64,000 nucleotides of DNA from positions 30,566,001-30,630,000 of the forward strand of contig NC_083227.1 in assembly GCF_032191835.1 (NCBI RefSeq), given 5' to 3'. The notes beneath the pieces are model-generated. The model did no database searches. It saw only the letters and a list, made by a program, of their open reading frames with translations, and had not been told where the DNA came from. The DNA comes from Heteronotia binoei. Lineage: Eukaryota. Made by a program: the position numbers and the translations under genes. Positions 62,008 through 64,000 of the stretch are shown in pieces (the stretch's first letter is position 1; every line of letters starts with the position of its first letter).

Positions 62008-63110
62008 CAGGGCTTTTTTTGTAGCAGGAACTCCTTTGCATATTAGGCCACATACCCCAGATGTAGTTTACAGTAGGCCCTGTACTAAGAGCCCTGTAAG
62101 CTCGAAGGATTGGCTACGTCAGGGGTGTGTGACCTTGTGACGGAACCGGCCCGATTCTGCCTTCAGACCCGATCCCGTCAACTCCCTATTGAGTCGCCAA
62201 CTCCTGGAGGGAGCTATTTCTCCTCCGGCCACTTGGGCTCGCTGCCACCACCTGCTCAGTCTAGAGGTTCAGATTGAGAGGAACAGGACTCCCAATCCCC
62301 GTCTCCAGCTATGAGGCCAGGCCTCAAGGTCCTCTGCCACCCTGTACTTGGGTATCACAGAGACCACAGCACTTCTTTGGGGAACCCCTGGAGGATTGGC
62401 ACCTTATCCAACTGCATGCCTTCCCCCTTCCCCGGGGCCCCCTTCATAAAGTAGCGTGGTCTAAAGCGGTTGGGGATCTATGTGGTACAGAGTTTGACTG
62501 CCAGCATTCAAAACAGTAAAAATATTTAATTAAAAGAGAAAAACAAAACAAAACAAAAACAGTTGCATGTAAAAGTTTAGCACAGCACAGCACCCGCACA
62601 GCAACCAGCATGACAAATAAAAGGTGGTTTTAAACGCATCCTACTGTCTCTGGTCTAAACTTGCCCTGCCTTGGGAATGACTTACTCGGTCTGACTGCCT
62701 GGGGTCCTCCTCCTCTTGAGTAGGCCTCTCCCACAGTCAGGAGCCCACAGACTCACAACCTCTCTCGTGGAGGGCCAGCTGCAGACTGCCCTTTTCCCGC
62801 CTAACTCAAATAATAGAACAAAAGAACTTCCTGCCCCTCTAGGAGGCTTTCCCCCCTAGAGTTGCTGGTTTAACTCCAGAAGGGAGGAGGGAATGAGGGG
62901 AAGGCTAAAGAACTTCCTGCCCCTCTAGGAGGCTTTCCCCCTAGAGTTGATGGTTTAACTCTGGAAGGGAGGAGGGGATGGAGGGAGGCTAGGCCAAAGC
63001 CTACTTTAGTAGTTTAATGTTCCCTTCCAATGAAGCACCAACATTGACTAAGATGGCATTTCTCCACAGACCTAATATGCAAAGGAGTTCCTGCTACAAA
63101 AAAAGCCCTA
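62008..63110. mobile_element. Palindromic hAT-like MITE split by a solo LTR
   Basis: cagggctttttttgtagcagg...gtgtgacct | gacctaatatgcaaaggagttcctgctacaaaaaaagcccta. Flanks taccacac / caccatac. Confidence 0.85.
62136..63068 (-). mobile_element. Gypsy-like solo LTR (933 bp)
   Basis: TGT...ACA termini and perfect 5-bp TSD GACCT (62131-62135 / 63069-63073). Internal ~86-bp tandem duplication at 62821-62990. Orientation is inferred. Confidence 0.85.
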
Positions 63111-63128
63111 CACCATACTGTTTAATAG

Positions 63129-64000
63129 GATCTCGAGATCCGGTTCCGGCTCTGAGGGAGCAGACACCTGCTGACTGAGCTCCATCGAAGGGGAGTACTG
63201 TTGTTTGGTTTTATTTCAGTTTTAGCCTTTACACTCCTTTATACTCCTATAGTAATCTTATCTGCAACCTTTCATAATGGTGAAGGCTTTTAATGAGCAA
63301 ACAGTAATGAGACTGCTGCTCCTCACTCTCCACGGACTTTTTGACTGCGTTACATTTGGTCTCTGACTGCTGGAGATTTTAGCCTTGAGATTTATATCTC
63401 AGCAGAAGGAAAGCTTTTACTGAAAAAAGTTGAACTTTTACTGAAAAAAGTTGAGCTAGGCTTTTCTTTTCTTTTTTTTAAAAGAACCTCAGTACCTTGT
63501 GTCTGACATTACGGCTTTTAGAGTTTTTTTTCTCTCCCCTTCTGAGCCTAGGTCTGAATCCCAGTTCTTCATTATGGGCATCAGCAAAAGAACTCGTGAC
63601 CTAGATGACTCTTTCTCTCAGCTAGCACGTAAGCAAACTAAAATTAATGACTTCTATGCTTCAAGTCTATTCCCACCAACCTGCAATATTCCAACTTCCA
63701 ACCGCTTTACACCCCTCATAAATCTTGAGGAAGATACCAACTCCACTGATGGGAGGGAAGATAAATCTCTCCTGATGCAAACAGTTGACAAAGACTTTGA
63801 ACTTGCTACAAGTGATCATATACAGCTAACTGCTAAAACTGTTGAATCTATTTTTGAGAGACTTGGACAAATTGAAAATAAAATTGACCACTTATCTCAG
63901 AAATTCTTGCTAAATACCAGTTAAAGCAAACCCTGGGAAATTAGCAAGTGAAGAGTTGAAGAGCCCAAAGAAGAACTTGGTACAGCAGCAGTGTGAGGAG
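63129..64000 (+). mobile_element. 5' end of a LINE-like element with a decayed ORF1-like frame (ATG 63574, stop 63924)
   Basis: CpG-containing start (ccggttccggctctgagggagcagac) and a T-rich UTR. ORF MGISKRTRD...KQTKINDFY...SNRFTPL...LGQIENKIDHL contains the SNRF.PL motif common in LINE ORF1 and a coiled-coil-like end. Clade not determined. Confidence 0.55.

Overview
This is vertebrate genomic DNA, almost certainly from a squamate reptile and probably a gecko, judged from its Sauria/Squam3-type SINEs, 5S-derived SINEs and CR1/L2/RTE/Penelope fragments. The window is a C2H2 zinc-finger gene cluster with five loci. (A) A + strand KRAB-ZNF: CpG island at ~4.7-5.2 kb, a 127-bp KRAB-A exon, three consecutive KRAB-B-like phase-1 cassette exons, and a 16-finger exon ending at 12232. 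(B) A - strand 11-finger gene (ZF exon 21543-22687) with no clean KRAB or SCAN exon. (C) A + strand SCAN-ZNF (34650-41910) with 7 intact fingers, which shares a head-to-head CpG-island promoter (~29.6-30.6 kb) with B. (D) A multiply frameshifted - strand ZF exon (53.0-55.0 kb). (E) Its intact tandem paralog, a 13-finger exon at 59446-60890. The remainder is dense, often nested transposon DNA: hAT-type MITEs with 8-bp TSDs, a Harbinger-type fold-back element, a young 5'-truncated Rex1/Babar LINE inside a hAT-bounded segment inside a CR1 fragment, a Gypsy-like solo LTR inside a MITE, Penelope fragments with minimal hammerhead cores, and the 5' end of a LINE at the right edge. No true tRNA or rRNA gene and no CRISPR array were found. 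Exon models are inferred from splice signals, phase and protein motifs only, and family names come from recalled consensus similarity, not database searches.
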